40,150 bases of DNA from a virus (IMGVR_UViG_2718218304_000002); one strand, 5' to 3'; shown: positions 11,264 through 20,723, counted from the first letter of the stretch. Numbers and translations are program-made. The notes: a model not told the origin generated them from the sequence alone.

Positions 11264-12574
11264 TTAAATCCGAAGTGATGTGACTCTTCCGGTCGGTTTG
11301 ACAATAGGGAATTGCTTAACGATGAAATAACCTCCGGCATCATTCGGGTGATCATTGCCAGATTTTTTATCAGGCTCCCCCTTCTCATCCCAGACCTGTT
11401 GCTCCAGAGATTCGGCATATAACGGGCAACGCTTCACATTAACTTTATAGCGACGCTCACCATTGGCATTGCAGAACATTGCATTCATTGAGTTAACGCG
11501 ATCTTTTACTGGCGGGTTCGAGCTGTTCACCACAACGTTAAAACCAGCCTGCTTAAGCTGGGCTATATCCGTCGTACTTGCGTTACTTGATTTTCTGGAA
11601 TCCCCGGAAGCATCTGGATAAATATAAATTTCCCTCACTTTCCGGTAATCATTCCCATCATACAGCCAGAAGCGTTCTTTAATGATGCGGATCATATCCG
11701 GCGTATCGTAGGCATTGATGATTTCAGTTACCGCACATGGAAGCCCCAAACGCAGCACATGGACGATTCCCGCCATCTTTCCAACGTTAAAATCCATCCC
11801 AATATAAATCGGCTCCCCTGGCTGCTCCACTTCTTCGCAATTATTCAGTTTCCGGTCAAACTGATGGTAAACAGTACCACTTGTCAGGTTAGTAAACTGT
11901 CCTCGAAGATAGGCTTTAATCAGCTCTGGAGGGTATGATTCAAGAAGCGAAGGAATGTAATCTGCTGGCAGGTTCTTTTCATTATCGAAAGTAGATGCCT
12001 GCACCAGACCATACAGTGAGGCCAGCTCTGTTTTTTCACGCACGGCTTTAACAAACTGCTCGTAGACAAATTTGAATCCTTCCGGCGTGGTTGTAACGTC
12101 AATACCGTTGCGAAGTCCATCAATCTTATAACGCATACGTGCAATTATCTTGCGCCACGCCGTTCTGGCTTTTTCCTTCGGCAAAATGTCCAGTTCATCC
12201 ACCAACGCATTACCAATTTTGAAACCGACGATCGTTTGTGGCTTCTCCATCGATCTGCAGATAGTGGTTCCCCGATACTGGCGTCCGTAATAAAAGTGAA
12301 CCTCTTTATTTCCCTCATTAATTTTTACGTTCAATCCCCAGTCAGCAGCAACTTCTTCCACTGTAGGGTAAAAAATATCGCGAATTTGGGGATACGTTGG
12401 CGCAAAATATCCCTGATTTATACCTGGATGCTCCCAAATCCCCTTGCATATGCCGCCACACCCAACCCATGTTTTGCCCGAGCCAAAACCAGCAATATAG
12501 GCTTTAAATTTATGGAGCATTGAAAGAAATCGCGCCTGAGGCACATTAAGCGTCGGAGAGATCATCTTCATCAC
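11264..12574 (-). CDS. Terminase large subunit
   Basis: 436-aa ORF with Walker A (AGFGSGKTW) near N-terminus and nuclease-like C-terminal half; follows the terminase-small candidate. Confidence 0.85.
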   Translation of the reverse strand: MMKMISPTLNVPQARFLSMLHKFKAYIAGFGSGKTWVGCGGICKGIWEHPGINQGYFAPTYPQIRDIFYPTVEEVAADWGLNVKINEGNKEVHFYYGRQYRGTTICRSMEKPQTIVGFKIGNALVDELDILPKEKARTAWRKIIARMRYKIDGLRNGIDVTTTPEGFKFVYEQFVKAVREKTELASLYGLVQASTFDNEKNLPADYIPSLLESYPPELIKAYLRGQFTNLTSGTVYHQFDRKLNNCEEVEQPGEPIYIGMDFNVGKMAGIVHVLRLGLPCAVTEIINAYDTPDMIRIIKERFWLYDGNDYRKVREIYIYPDASGDSRKSSNASTTDIAQLKQAGFNVVVNSSNPPVKDRVNSMNAMFCNANGERRYKVNVKRCPLYAESLEQQVWDEKGEPDKKSGNDHPNDAGGYFIVKQFPIVKPTGRVTSLRI

Positions 12575-13640
12575 TCCTTACTCTGGCATCAACCACATTA
12601 ATATTGATCGCCACAGGCTGGGGATGTTCATTATCTTCCACCGTTTCGATCTCTTTGCGCAGCTTCTGGTTTTCCATTCTGCGCCGTTCAATTTCCAGTT
12701 CCTGTAGCCGCTTATCTGCACATAAAGCCCCGCCAGCAGAAAACAAACGCAACAATTCACGCCGGGTGGCAGCCTTATCCTCCAGCAGGATCTCAACGCC
12801 GAATTTTCCGAATTTTGCCCCTGCATATAATTGCCGCGCATCCCCATCAAGCAGAGTGGTATCAGCCATATAAAGCTGTCCCGTTCCCTCACCGCAGCAC
12901 TTCGGGCAGTCCGGATTGGGTATGGCGTTATCAACAAAGCCGAGGCCTCCATATTCCGGTTCGGGGTTGCCATCTCTGGAAGCCTGCGCCGCTGCCTTGT
13001 CGAATTCTGCTATATCGCGCCACTGGTAGAGATGATTCTCGCCCCAGCAATAACGGCAGTTAACACGGCGAAATTGTGCAAGCTGATTGGGGTCGGCCAG
13101 GACAATAGCCATCAACTGACTCACTAGTAAATCCAGGTCTGCGGTATAGCGTTTCTGGTACTGATTGCGGAAGTAGCTGATAGCGCGAAAAACCCTGGCA
13201 TTTCTAAGCATACGACTGGCGTTGCTGTTAGCTGTCGCACCTTGCCCCTCATAACCGGCTAGTCGGTACGCCTCTGTCGGCTTTTTACCCTGAGCAACAA
13301 GCATCGCAAACTTAGCCTGCTGGTCAGAAATGCCGAATTCATCGGGACAGAACGAAAATTCCTCCGCGTCGCCCTCATTCAGGCCCGCATCGAATACTGG
13401 CTTTTTTTCCTGAGATTTCTCGTTCCGCTTTTGTGCAGTCTGCGCAGATTTTTTCTGCGCACTTTTTTGCGCAGTTTTGCACATTTCTGTCTGCGCATTT
13501 TTCGGAGTTTTTTTGATGTAACGACGGGCTGTTGCGTAATTCAGTCCCCTTGCTTCACACCATGCCACCGGAGATATACCGGAGCGGGTGTATTCAGCAA
13601 TATACTCCTGCTGCAACGCCCCCCAGTCCGGTCTGCTCAT
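12546..13640 (-). CDS. Putative terminase small subunit
   Basis: 364-aa ORF with N-terminal HTH-like segment, Lys/Gln-rich linker and C-terminal Cys-rich region; 29-nt overlap with the large-subunit start. Confidence 0.5.
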   Translation of the reverse strand: MSRPDWGALQQEYIAEYTRSGISPVAWCEARGLNYATARRYIKKTPKNAQTEMCKTAQKSAQKKSAQTAQKRNEKSQEKKPVFDAGLNEGDAEEFSFCPDEFGISDQQAKFAMLVAQGKKPTEAYRLAGYEGQGATANSNASRMLRNARVFRAISYFRNQYQKRYTADLDLLVSQLMAIVLADPNQLAQFRRVNCRYCWGENHLYQWRDIAEFDKAAAQASRDGNPEPEYGGLGFVDNAIPNPDCPKCCGEGTGQLYMADTTLLDGDARQLYAGAKFGKFGVEILLEDKAATRRELLRLFSAGGALCADKRLQELEIERRRMENQKLRKEIETVEDNEHPQPVAININVVDARVRSDEDDLSDA

Positions 13641-13643
13641 CAG

Positions 13644-13895
13644 TTAGTCCTGATTTTTATCCACCCTGAGTAGTTCGCGCAGAGCAAAGGCATCCCCTTT
13701 TCTGGCAAGCTTAAACAATGCCGCTCGTAACTCGGCTTCACCTTTCGCTCTGCCCTTACGGATGGCCGCATAAAAATCTGTCATTGCTTCCCGATTTGCT
13801 TTCAGTCGGTTCAGATCAACATCCAGAACGTCAGCGATTTGTTGTGCAGTCATCCGGCACGCTGCCAGAGACTCGACTTTCGAATACGGAATCAT
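13644..13895 (-). CDS. Small basic phage protein, function unknown
   Basis: 83-aa ORF just upstream of terminase small subunit; start uncertain (internal Met at 13853). Confidence 0.35.
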   Translation of the reverse strand: MIPYSKVESLAACRMTAQQIADVLDVDLNRLKANREAMTDFYAAIRKGRAKGEAELRAALFKLARKGDAFALRELLRVDKNQD

Positions 13896-14763
13896 TTGTC
13901 ACCCCCATTGATATGCAGGGTGTCTTCTTCCTGTATTTTTCGTGAAGGATTTTTACTGCAGCGTTGTTCCAGGTGACCTGATGGTGAATGCGTTTATGGC
14001 TGGCACCCATCAGTGAGATTTTTACGCACGACGGCGCATACATGACGGAGTAAAAACTTTTAACGTAGGTTCCGGAATCCAGATACAGCTCGGTCATTCC
14101 GCCGCTGTTTTTCTGCGTCTGTTTCTGCCCTAACTGGACAGCACCGATCGTCATAAACAATTCACCACAGCGACCGAGATTCGTGTACGTATTCACATCC
14201 TCGTTAATGCGCCCCATGAATGAGAACGGTCGATCAACCGAACAGATAAAGCTGTTCATTGCCTTGCGTTTCACCCACGAAGCATGGCCGCCATTGTCAC
14301 CAAGAAAATCCCCTCCCTGCGACATAGCGATGGAAAGAGCAGGTATTGATTCGTAGTACGCCAGCATTTCAGAAAGGATCGCATCCAGTTTCCTTATCGG
14401 AAAATAGGCCTGGTCATAGTTGCGATCCACCCGAAACTGGAACTCGTGATAATCATCATCGAGCTGAATGAAGTATTTACACCCGACCAGTTTTGCCTGG
14501 TCGAAACAGGCATTACGGGCGTAAAAAATTGAGCGGCGGTCACAGAAATTATCGGCTTCGTCAAAACGACTGGCGATATCGGCTTTGGAAAACACCAGCA
14601 CCTGTTCACCAAATTCAGCCATGTACTGATGCCGTGTCTTATCTTCATCATCAACAACGATAAAAATTTTCCCGGTATAGCCAGCACGACGCAACGTCCG
14701 GTAAGTCAGAACTTTGTCCGGTCGCCCGTGAGTCAGAATAAAGGCGCAAAAATCATCACGCAT
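13831..14763 (-). CDS. Hypothetical phage protein (YdaY-like position), possible DxD-type nucleotide-sugar transferase
   Basis: ORF 13831..14784; start MRDDFC (14763) overlaps the upstream ParB-like stop (ATGCGTGA). Acidic motifs IVVDDEDK and QLDDDYHEF suggest a GT-A-like enzyme; this is a guess. Confidence 0.5.
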   Translation of the reverse strand: MRDDFCAFILTHGRPDKVLTYRTLRRAGYTGKIFIVVDDEDKTRHQYMAEFGEQVLVFSKADIASRFDEADNFCDRRSIFYARNACFDQAKLVGCKYFIQLDDDYHEFQFRVDRNYDQAYFPIRKLDAILSEMLAYYESIPALSIAMSQGGDFLGDNGGHASWVKRKAMNSFICSVDRPFSFMGRINEDVNTYTNLGRCGELFMTIGAVQLGQKQTQKNSGGMTELYLDSGTYVKSFYSVMYAPSCVKISLMGASHKRIHHQVTWNNAAVKILHEKYRKKTPCISMGVTNDSVFESRVSGSVPDDCTTNR

Positions 14764-15547
14764 ATTCCTCCTCCTCACCACCATGCATGATCTCCACCAT
14801 GCGCTGCGTCATCCGGACAAATCCATTTTCAATAGCCTGCTGATAATCAATGATCACCAGCGCCGACTCCTCGAAAAAACACTGAATTTCAGCGGGGGCG
14901 TGAGCGTAATAGTCCGCAATTCTGCTGAAATTAAACACCGTGTGACGTTCTGCCGCACACAGGAGGAATTTCTCAATATCAGGCTCAAGGGACGCCGAAC
15001 GTATCCGGCTGATCAGCTCCTGAGTTTTCGTATCGTCGTACAGTTCACTGATATCCGGTTTACCGCCCGACGGCTCATAAACAGGCGTATCAATTTTCGT
15101 CGTATACGGCTCCTCCTCATTTCCTGTACCGGGCAAAACATCCGTCAACAGTTCATCAATTTCTGTCGGGATGAAGCCTGTCAGGGAGACATCAAAATCA
15201 GCATTGATTAGGTCCGACAGCTCCATCCGCAACAGATCTTCATCCCAGCCAGCATTCATCGGCAGGCGATTATCTGCCAGGCGGTACGCCTTTTTCTGCT
15301 CATCCGTCAGGCCAGACAGAACAATGACCGGAACAGAATCCATTTTGAGCATTTCAGCCGCCATAACACGACCGTGACCCGCAATAATTTCGCCCTTTTC
15401 GTCAATCAGCACCGGATTAGTCCAGCCGAATTGCTTAATACTTTCTACCAGTTGTGCCACCTGCTCAGTACTGTGCGTCCTGGCGTTGTGCGCATACGGT
15501 GACAATTCTTGTAATGGGCGATAGACTATCTTTAATTTCTCGCTCAT
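14756..15547 (-). CDS. ParB-like nuclease domain protein
   Basis: 263 aa; N-terminal ParB/Srx-like region (...NPVLIDEKGEIIAGHGRVMAA...), acidic C-terminus; matches the Rac ynaK position after trkG. Confidence 0.65.
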   Translation of the reverse strand: MSEKLKIVYRPLQELSPYAHNARTHSTEQVAQLVESIKQFGWTNPVLIDEKGEIIAGHGRVMAAEMLKMDSVPVIVLSGLTDEQKKAYRLADNRLPMNAGWDEDLLRMELSDLINADFDVSLTGFIPTEIDELLTDVLPGTGNEEEPYTTKIDTPVYEPSGGKPDISELYDDTKTQELISRIRSASLEPDIEKFLLCAAERHTVFNFSRIADYYAHAPAEIQCFFEESALVIIDYQQAIENGFVRMTQRMVEIMHGGEEEEYA

Positions 15548-15684
15548 ACAGCCTTGCTTTATGAATAAAACGCACCCCAGCAGCCAGTGCTACTGGGGAC
15601 GGAGGTGTTGCTGGTAAAGTTAGGTATTGGATCAATGAGTGAGTCAACATAATATTAAACTCACAATTATAAATCAGCCATATA

Positions 15685-17142
15685 TTAGGAGCGCCAAAAA
15701 AAACCTGAAAACAATATAATAACAGGATAAATTTCAAGGCGACCAAGAATCATAGCTATGCACATTAAACATTTTGCAATGTCATTAAGCACTCCGAATG
15801 ACGATGCAGTAGCCCCAAAACCTAATCCCATATTATTAATACATGCAGCCACTGTTGCAAATGATGTAAGAAAATCATATCCCATACCATTTAACACCAG
15901 TATAAAAAACACCGTGAAGAGAGTATAAAGAAAAAAGAAACTCCATACAGACCTCATTACACGATCTGTAACTATCTTCCCTCCTACATTTACACTCAAC
16001 AACGCTCTGGGATGAGAAAGCTGATTTATCTCGTGTTTGCTTTGTTTGAAAAGTATAAGAAATCGAAGTGACTTAATTCCACCACAAGTTGAACCTATAC
16101 ATCCCCCAAAGAAACTTGACAACAGCAAAAACACTATCGTGTGCGTGGGCCAACTTGCATAATCCTGCGTAGCTAAACCATTATCAGTGAGCATGGAGCT
16201 GGCAAGAAAAAACGAATGAATAAAACTTCCATGCAAGTCATACATACCTATATGCCAGACCTGGAAAGAGGTAACAATGATCACCCCTAAGGCTATTAAC
16301 AGAAAGAAACGAAGTTCAATATCTCTGATTAAAGGTTTTATCGTTTTCCTGCTAATAACAATATACCAAAGAGTGAAGTTGAAAGCCGATAGCAGGGAAA
16401 AAGAACCAGCCACCAGCTCAACCAAATAGTTATTAAAATATCCGATACTCTCGCTATGAGTTGAGAAACCACCAAGCGAAACTGTGGAAATCCCGTGACA
16501 AATAGCATCAAACAAAGGCATTCCTGCAAGTCTATAACAGACAATACAAGCAATACCTAATAAAGAATAAGTTATCCACAGTGTCCGTGACGTATCGGCC
16601 AGGCGGGGAGTGAGTTTGTCATCCTTAAATGGCCCCGGCATTTCTGACTGATAAAGCTTTGCACCACCAATACCCAATAATGGCAATACAGCAACCGCCA
16701 GAACAATAACTCCTAAACCACCTATAAAATTTAACTGTGACCGATAGTACAAATATGCCCGAGGTAATGAACTAACATCATCAATTACAGTTGCTCCTGT
16801 TGTTGTTATTCCAGAAACCCCTTCAAACAGAGCATCAATGAACGTTAAATTAAGTTCTGAGTCAATCCATAAAGGGAATGCACTAATAACAGAAAACAAA
16901 ATCCAAAACATTACAATTATAATAAACCCATCACGGGTACGTAATTGAATGCCAGATTTCTTAGTTGTATACCACGCTCCGCCACCAATGCAAAAAAATA
17001 TAACGAAAGTTATAAAGAAAACAAACAGGCTTTTTTCTTTATAAAACAATGCTACAACCATTGGTGGCAACATTGAAAGACTATAGAGCCAAACCAGGAA
17101 CCCACACATATGAGTAACAACTCTTACATGAGATGTATTCAT
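15685..17142 (-). CDS. trkG: Trk-system potassium uptake protein (TrkH/TrkG family)
   Basis: Polytopic membrane protein with repeated GxG-containing pore-loop motifs; 485 aa from MNTSHVRVV; AT-rich coding sequence; same position as trkG in Rac. Confidence 0.85.
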   Translation of the reverse strand: MNTSHVRVVTHMCGFLVWLYSLSMLPPMVVALFYKEKSLFVFFITFVIFFCIGGGAWYTTKKSGIQLRTRDGFIIIVMFWILFSVISAFPLWIDSELNLTFIDALFEGVSGITTTGATVIDDVSSLPRAYLYYRSQLNFIGGLGVIVLAVAVLPLLGIGGAKLYQSEMPGPFKDDKLTPRLADTSRTLWITYSLLGIACIVCYRLAGMPLFDAICHGISTVSLGGFSTHSESIGYFNNYLVELVAGSFSLLSAFNFTLWYIVISRKTIKPLIRDIELRFFLLIALGVIIVTSFQVWHIGMYDLHGSFIHSFFLASSMLTDNGLATQDYASWPTHTIVFLLLSSFFGGCIGSTCGGIKSLRFLILFKQSKHEINQLSHPRALLSVNVGGKIVTDRVMRSVWSFFFLYTLFTVFFILVLNGMGYDFLTSFATVAACINNMGLGFGATASSFGVLNDIAKCLMCIAMILGRLEIYPVIILFSGFFWRS

Positions 17143-17279
17143 ATCTAAATATTCTTTCAATTATAACCACCTTGCTGCAATATTATGATTATACTGTATA
17201 AAATTTAACTCCTCTTAGATCTTACTTCACTGTTCCTTATGAAACAATCATCAAAATGAATCATATTGTAGTTAAGATT

Positions 17280-17744
17280 TTACTTTAAACACTGCTCGGT
17301 TATGTATTGCTGAGCACCTTCAAGTTGGGCCTGCATCATTACCAGTCGTTCCCGGAGGGTGAAATAATCCCGTTCAGCGGTGTCTGCCAGTCGGGAGGAG
17401 GCTGCATTATCCACGCCGGAGGCGGTGGTGGCTTCACGCACTGACTGACAGACTGCTTTGATGTGCAACCGACGACGACCAGCGGCAACATCATCACGCA
17501 GAGCATCATTTTCAGCTTTCGCATCAGCTAACTCCTTCGTGTATTTTGCATCGAGCGCAGCAACATCACGCTGACGCATCTGCATGTCAGTAATTGCCGC
17601 GTTCGCCAGCTTCAGTTCTCTGGCATTTTTGTCGCGCTGGGCTTTGTAGGTAATGGCGTTATCACGGTAATGATTAACAGCCCATGACAGGCAGACGATG
17701 ATGCAGATAACCAGAGCGCAGATAATCGCGGTTACTCTGTTCAT
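17280..17744 (-). CDS. Spanin inner-membrane subunit Rz (i-spanin)
   Basis: N-terminal TM segment then coiled-coil periplasmic domain; start MNRVT overlaps endolysin stop; contains the embedded Rz1 frame. Confidence 0.8.
   Translation of the reverse strand: MNRVTAIICALVICIIVCLSWAVNHYRDNAITYKAQRDKNARELKLANAAITDMQMRQRDVAALDAKYTKELADAKAENDALRDDVAAGRRRLHIKAVCQSVREATTASGVDNAASSRLADTAERDYFTLRERLVMMQAQLEGAQQYITEQCLK
17339..17524 (-). CDS. Spanin outer-membrane lipoprotein Rz1 (o-spanin), embedded in Rz in +1 frame
   Basis: 61-aa ORF with lipobox (VVGC) and proline-rich mature region ([19 protein letters not shown]), wholly inside Rz. Confidence 0.8.
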   Translation of the reverse strand: MRKLKMMLCVMMLPLVVVGCTSKQSVSQCVKPPPPPAWIMQPPPDWQTPLNGIISPSGNDW

Positions 17745-18238
17745 TGCTGACCCCACAAACAGATTTCACGCTCAATCTCACGACGAGTCATGAGACCTTT
17801 CCATTGCTTACCGCCAGCATATGTCCAGCGACGTAGCTGATCACATGCGCCTTTGATATCGCCCTGGTTTATTTTGCGAAGAAGCGTCGATGTTCTGAAA
17901 TTGCCAGCACCCACGTTGTAAACGAATGAGTAAAGAGCGCCGCGCGTTGTTTCCGGTATATCGACTTTGATGTACGGGTTAATTTGTCTGGCGACCGTGG
18001 CAAGGTCTTTATTCAGGAGGGCTTTGCATTCTGCTTTGGTATACGTTTTACCGAGCATGATGTCTTTTCCTGTATGCCCGTGACATACAGTCCATACACC
18101 AACAATATCTTTGTATGGTATGTAGCTGACACCTTCCAGACCATCGTTACCACTTGGGCCAGTGATTAACACTGATGCTATAGCAATTGCTCCGCCACCA
18201 ATAGCAGCAGCAACGGCTTTTCGTAATGATGGAGGCAT
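17741..18238 (-). CDS. SAR endolysin (phage-21 R-type lysozyme)
   Basis: 165 aa with N-terminal signal-anchor-release segment ([20 protein letters not shown]) followed by a lysozyme domain; matches recalled phage 21 R. Confidence 0.85.
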   Translation of the reverse strand: MPPSLRKAVAAAIGGGAIAIASVLITGPSGNDGLEGVSYIPYKDIVGVWTVCHGHTGKDIMLGKTYTKAECKALLNKDLATVARQINPYIKVDIPETTRGALYSFVYNVGAGNFRTSTLLRKINQGDIKGACDQLRRWTYAGGKQWKGLMTRREIEREICLWGQQ

Positions 18239-18453
18239 TATTCACCTCTCGCAGCCTTGCGCTTATCTTCTTTAATCTTGAAATAAAGGTTTGTCAGGTA
18301 CGTCAGCAGGCCAAATACCAGGCTACCCAGCACACCGATTGCAGCCCACTGTGACGGAGTTACTCTATCGAGCAACTGTAAAAACCAGTAGCCAGCACTG
18401 CCTGCGGAGGTGCCGTAGGCAATGCCTGTTGAAATTTTGTCCATGGATTTCAT
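18238..18453 (-). CDS. Pinholin (phage-21 S-type, class II holin) with dual-start MKSM
   Basis: Within ORF 18238..18510 the sequence [26 protein letters not shown]... matches the S21 pinholin; two Met codons three codons apart give antiholin/holin forms. Confidence 0.85.
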   Translation of the reverse strand: MKSMDKISTGIAYGTSAGSAGYWFLQLLDRVTPSQWAAIGVLGSLVFGLLTYLTNLYFKIKEDKRKAARGE

Positions 18454-18550
18454 AGCCTCACCTCCGCACGGAACGGATGGCATAGTTATTATGTGTAGGC
18501 TTTCAGACACATCAATCAGAGCCTTAATTGATATATATGCTGGAGACGAT

Positions 18551-18580
18551 GCAATATAAAAAGCTCGCCGTAGCGAGCTA
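18551..18580 (-). terminator. Rho-independent terminator candidate downstream of the TolA-like lipoprotein genes
   Basis: Hairpin AGCTCGC-CGTA-GCGAGCT (18562-18579) followed on the - strand by a T-run. Confidence 0.45.
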
Positions 18581-18704
18581 ATAAAATGTATTTCTCTGAT
18601 ATTATGTTTATTTGTATTAGCTCAGACTTGACATCACAGGTTTCGTATATAGAACATCATCAAATCTGTCAGTTTGCTATGAATGAGATATAGTAATTGA
18701 AGAG

Positions 18705-19100
18705 CTAACCTCGCATGTCAAAGCCAGATTTCTGAAAATCTCTGTAGACTTCCGGATTGTTGAAGGCCGGAAATTTGGCTTTATGAGCTGCGGACTTTAT
18801 CGCTTCGCAATAGGCTTTATCACCGTTACTGGTAGATATTTTTAACGCCGTGCCATCCTGAGAGAATTCCATATGCAACCTGCATTTTTTCCCTTTCCAG
18901 TTATGCGGCTCATCAAGTTTGGCATTAATTGCAGCTCTGATTCCCCGCGCTTGCGCCCCCCATTCATCCTGATCATCCCAGCGTCCTGAACTGCAACTAC
19001 CTGTAGCAGTAGTTTTGTGGCAATCTGAAGGGTGTAAAGGTGTGCATCCCGCAACAAAACCGACCCAAAAAGTCAACATAACGATTTTCTTTAATCCCAC
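18705..19100 (-). CDS. Lipoprotein with TolA domain-III-like C-terminal domain (paralogue 2)
   Basis: 131 aa; signal peptide with lipobox VAGC; C-terminal ~85 aa align with the recalled TolA C-terminal domain (GKKCRLHMEFSQDG / YCEAIKSAAHKAKFPAFNNPEVYRDFQKSGFD). Confidence 0.6.
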   Translation of the reverse strand: MGLKKIVMLTFWVGFVAGCTPLHPSDCHKTTATGSCSSGRWDDQDEWGAQARGIRAAINAKLDEPHNWKGKKCRLHMEFSQDGTALKISTSNGDKAYCEAIKSAAHKAKFPAFNNPEVYRDFQKSGFDMRG

Positions 19101-19250
19101 TTCTTGCTCCTCAATCCATTAAAATCTCAGCAATAGTAGTTGTTACGTCCGCCACTGGCTCAGAGCTGACTATCCGCTAAATTTAGCTCAGTGCCGTAGC
19201 TGTGTCAGAACAAACCTAAGCCGAAACCGTTTATTACAAAACAATAAATA

Positions 19251-19679
19251 TCAGGGTTTACAATCCAGCACCCCATTTTGAAATACTTTATATACTTCCG
19301 GCGAAGGGGGGGCAGGTATATCAGCATTCTTTATCGCATTCATCGCTTCACGACATAAATCGAGGTCTCCACTTTCTCTTTTAACCTCCAGTAGAAGGCC
19401 ATTCGGAGCCATATGCATTCTCAGTGTACACTCTTTTCCTGAATACTTACTCGCATCCCCGAACTGTTTTTCGATGGCGCTCTTGATTTGATGGGCATAC
19501 AGACGGATATCCTCACTAACATCAGAAGTACGTTCAGATGAACTCACATACTGTGTCTCTATTGCTTTATCGGAGTAATATGATGTACGGTCATGATAAT
19601 TTGTCGATACAGCATCAGTGCACCCGATAATAATCCCACTAATAATCAACGTAAGAATTGATGCGCTACGAAAACCCAT
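19251..19679 (-). CDS. Lipoprotein with TolA domain-III-like C-terminal domain (paralogue 1)
   Basis: 142 aa; lipobox IIGC; C-terminus YAHQIKSAIEKQFGDASKYSGKECTLRMHMAPNGLLLEVKRESGDLDLCREAMNAIKNADIPAPPSPEVYKVFQNGVLDCKP closely parallels recalled TolA domain III (YAGQIKSAIESKFYDASSYAGKTCTLRIKLAPDGMLL...IPKPPSQAVYEVFKNAPLDFKP). Confidence 0.65.
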   Translation of the reverse strand: MGFRSASILTLIISGIIIGCTDAVSTNYHDRTSYYSDKAIETQYVSSSERTSDVSEDIRLYAHQIKSAIEKQFGDASKYSGKECTLRMHMAPNGLLLEVKRESGDLDLCREAMNAIKNADIPAPPSPEVYKVFQNGVLDCKP

Positions 19680-20269
19680 TTTTCCTCACATATGTCATAT
19701 AGTAAAGGATTATATATACCGTTGTTTTGGACGCTCAAACAGCGAATCAGATCAAATAAAACGCACATTTGTTAACATTTACACAAAGTCTGCGTGGGAT
19801 ATTCTGAAAGAATATCCATAATGTGGAGAGAATCTATTGAAGTGCATGGTGCCGGGTGCCTCCCGGTGAACAAAATGTTCGTGATACCTGTCGGCGACAG
19901 AAAAGGTTAATGGTATCACCCCACCGCACAGGGGGATTCACCATGCAGGAGTTTTCTTAGCAAACTCACTGCGCGCCCGGCAACTCCCAACCACATAAAA
20001 TGCGGAGTTTGTGGTATTTATGCATATAACTCGCAGGAATTATCTTAAAAAACTGATGTCGATCCGGATTAAAAAGAAGCAGGTCATCATCAGATGACTG
20101 GAAAAAAGGAAAACAAAAAATACTCATCATACAGTTTTGATTGCAGGGATGAGCCTGCTATGCACAATATGCAGAATATAAGCAAGATAAAAATATGCAG
20201 GCATATTATTTCGGATTTTGTTATTAACACAACCTTTTTAATAATCATTTGGCATACAATAAACCAGCC

Positions 20270-20300
20270 CAAAAAGAACCGCCTAAACAGGCGGTTGGTC
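20270..20300 (-). terminator. Rho-independent terminator candidate (- strand)
   Basis: Hairpin AACCGCC-TAAACA-GGCGGTT (20277-20296), followed on the - strand by CTTTTT. Confidence 0.4.
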
Positions 20301-20613
20301 AATACAAAGGATGCTTCGTCTTTATTATAGTAATCTGAGGCGTCGGGTGTCTTGTATCAGACAACATATTGTCCCGCTAAACAGCGAATTACAAACCACC
20401 CTGCAATGATCTCTCATCTCATTTTATATGAGTTGACGACATCAGGATAACGCATCATCAGCCCCTGCCAAGAAATATCAAAACTCCCGCCAGCAATGTG
20501 TTATCACAATATTGTAAAAAAAACACAGCACCGAAACTATAACTGGTCTCTGTTATAATTTGGAGCAGAAAGACCAGTTGCCCAACTAGCAGCATTCTCC
20601 CCTGCTTTCCTGA

Positions 20614-20645
20614 CGTAAAAAAACCGCATTAAGCGGTTTTTTTAC
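20614..20645. terminator. Bidirectional Rho-independent terminator downstream of the Q-like gene (tR'-like position)
   Basis: AAAAAAA-CCGC-ATTAA-GCGG-TTTTTTT: 6-bp GC stem (20622-20627 with 20633-20638) flanked by an A7 and a T7 run, so it reads as a terminator on both strands. Confidence 0.6.
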
Positions 20646-20723
20646 GATGTCCATGTCTGCAATCCGCCTCGCGATACAGCTTTGCGAAGCATAGCAAAAT
20701 TGAAGCAGTTTATACGTAAGAAA

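Noticed and set aside
19618-20330. Short ORFs 19618..19821 +, 20090..20302 - and 20094..20330 + in the intergenic region between the late terminator and the TolA-like genes
   Set aside because: AT-rich low-complexity sequence without ribosome-binding sites; more likely regulatory or remnant DNA.
19800-20720. Possible tRNA genes between the Q-like gene and the lysis region (common in lambdoid phages)
   Set aside because: Scanned by eye on both strands for T-loop (GGTTCGAATCC-like) and acceptor-stem features and found none; the hairpins present are terminator-like.
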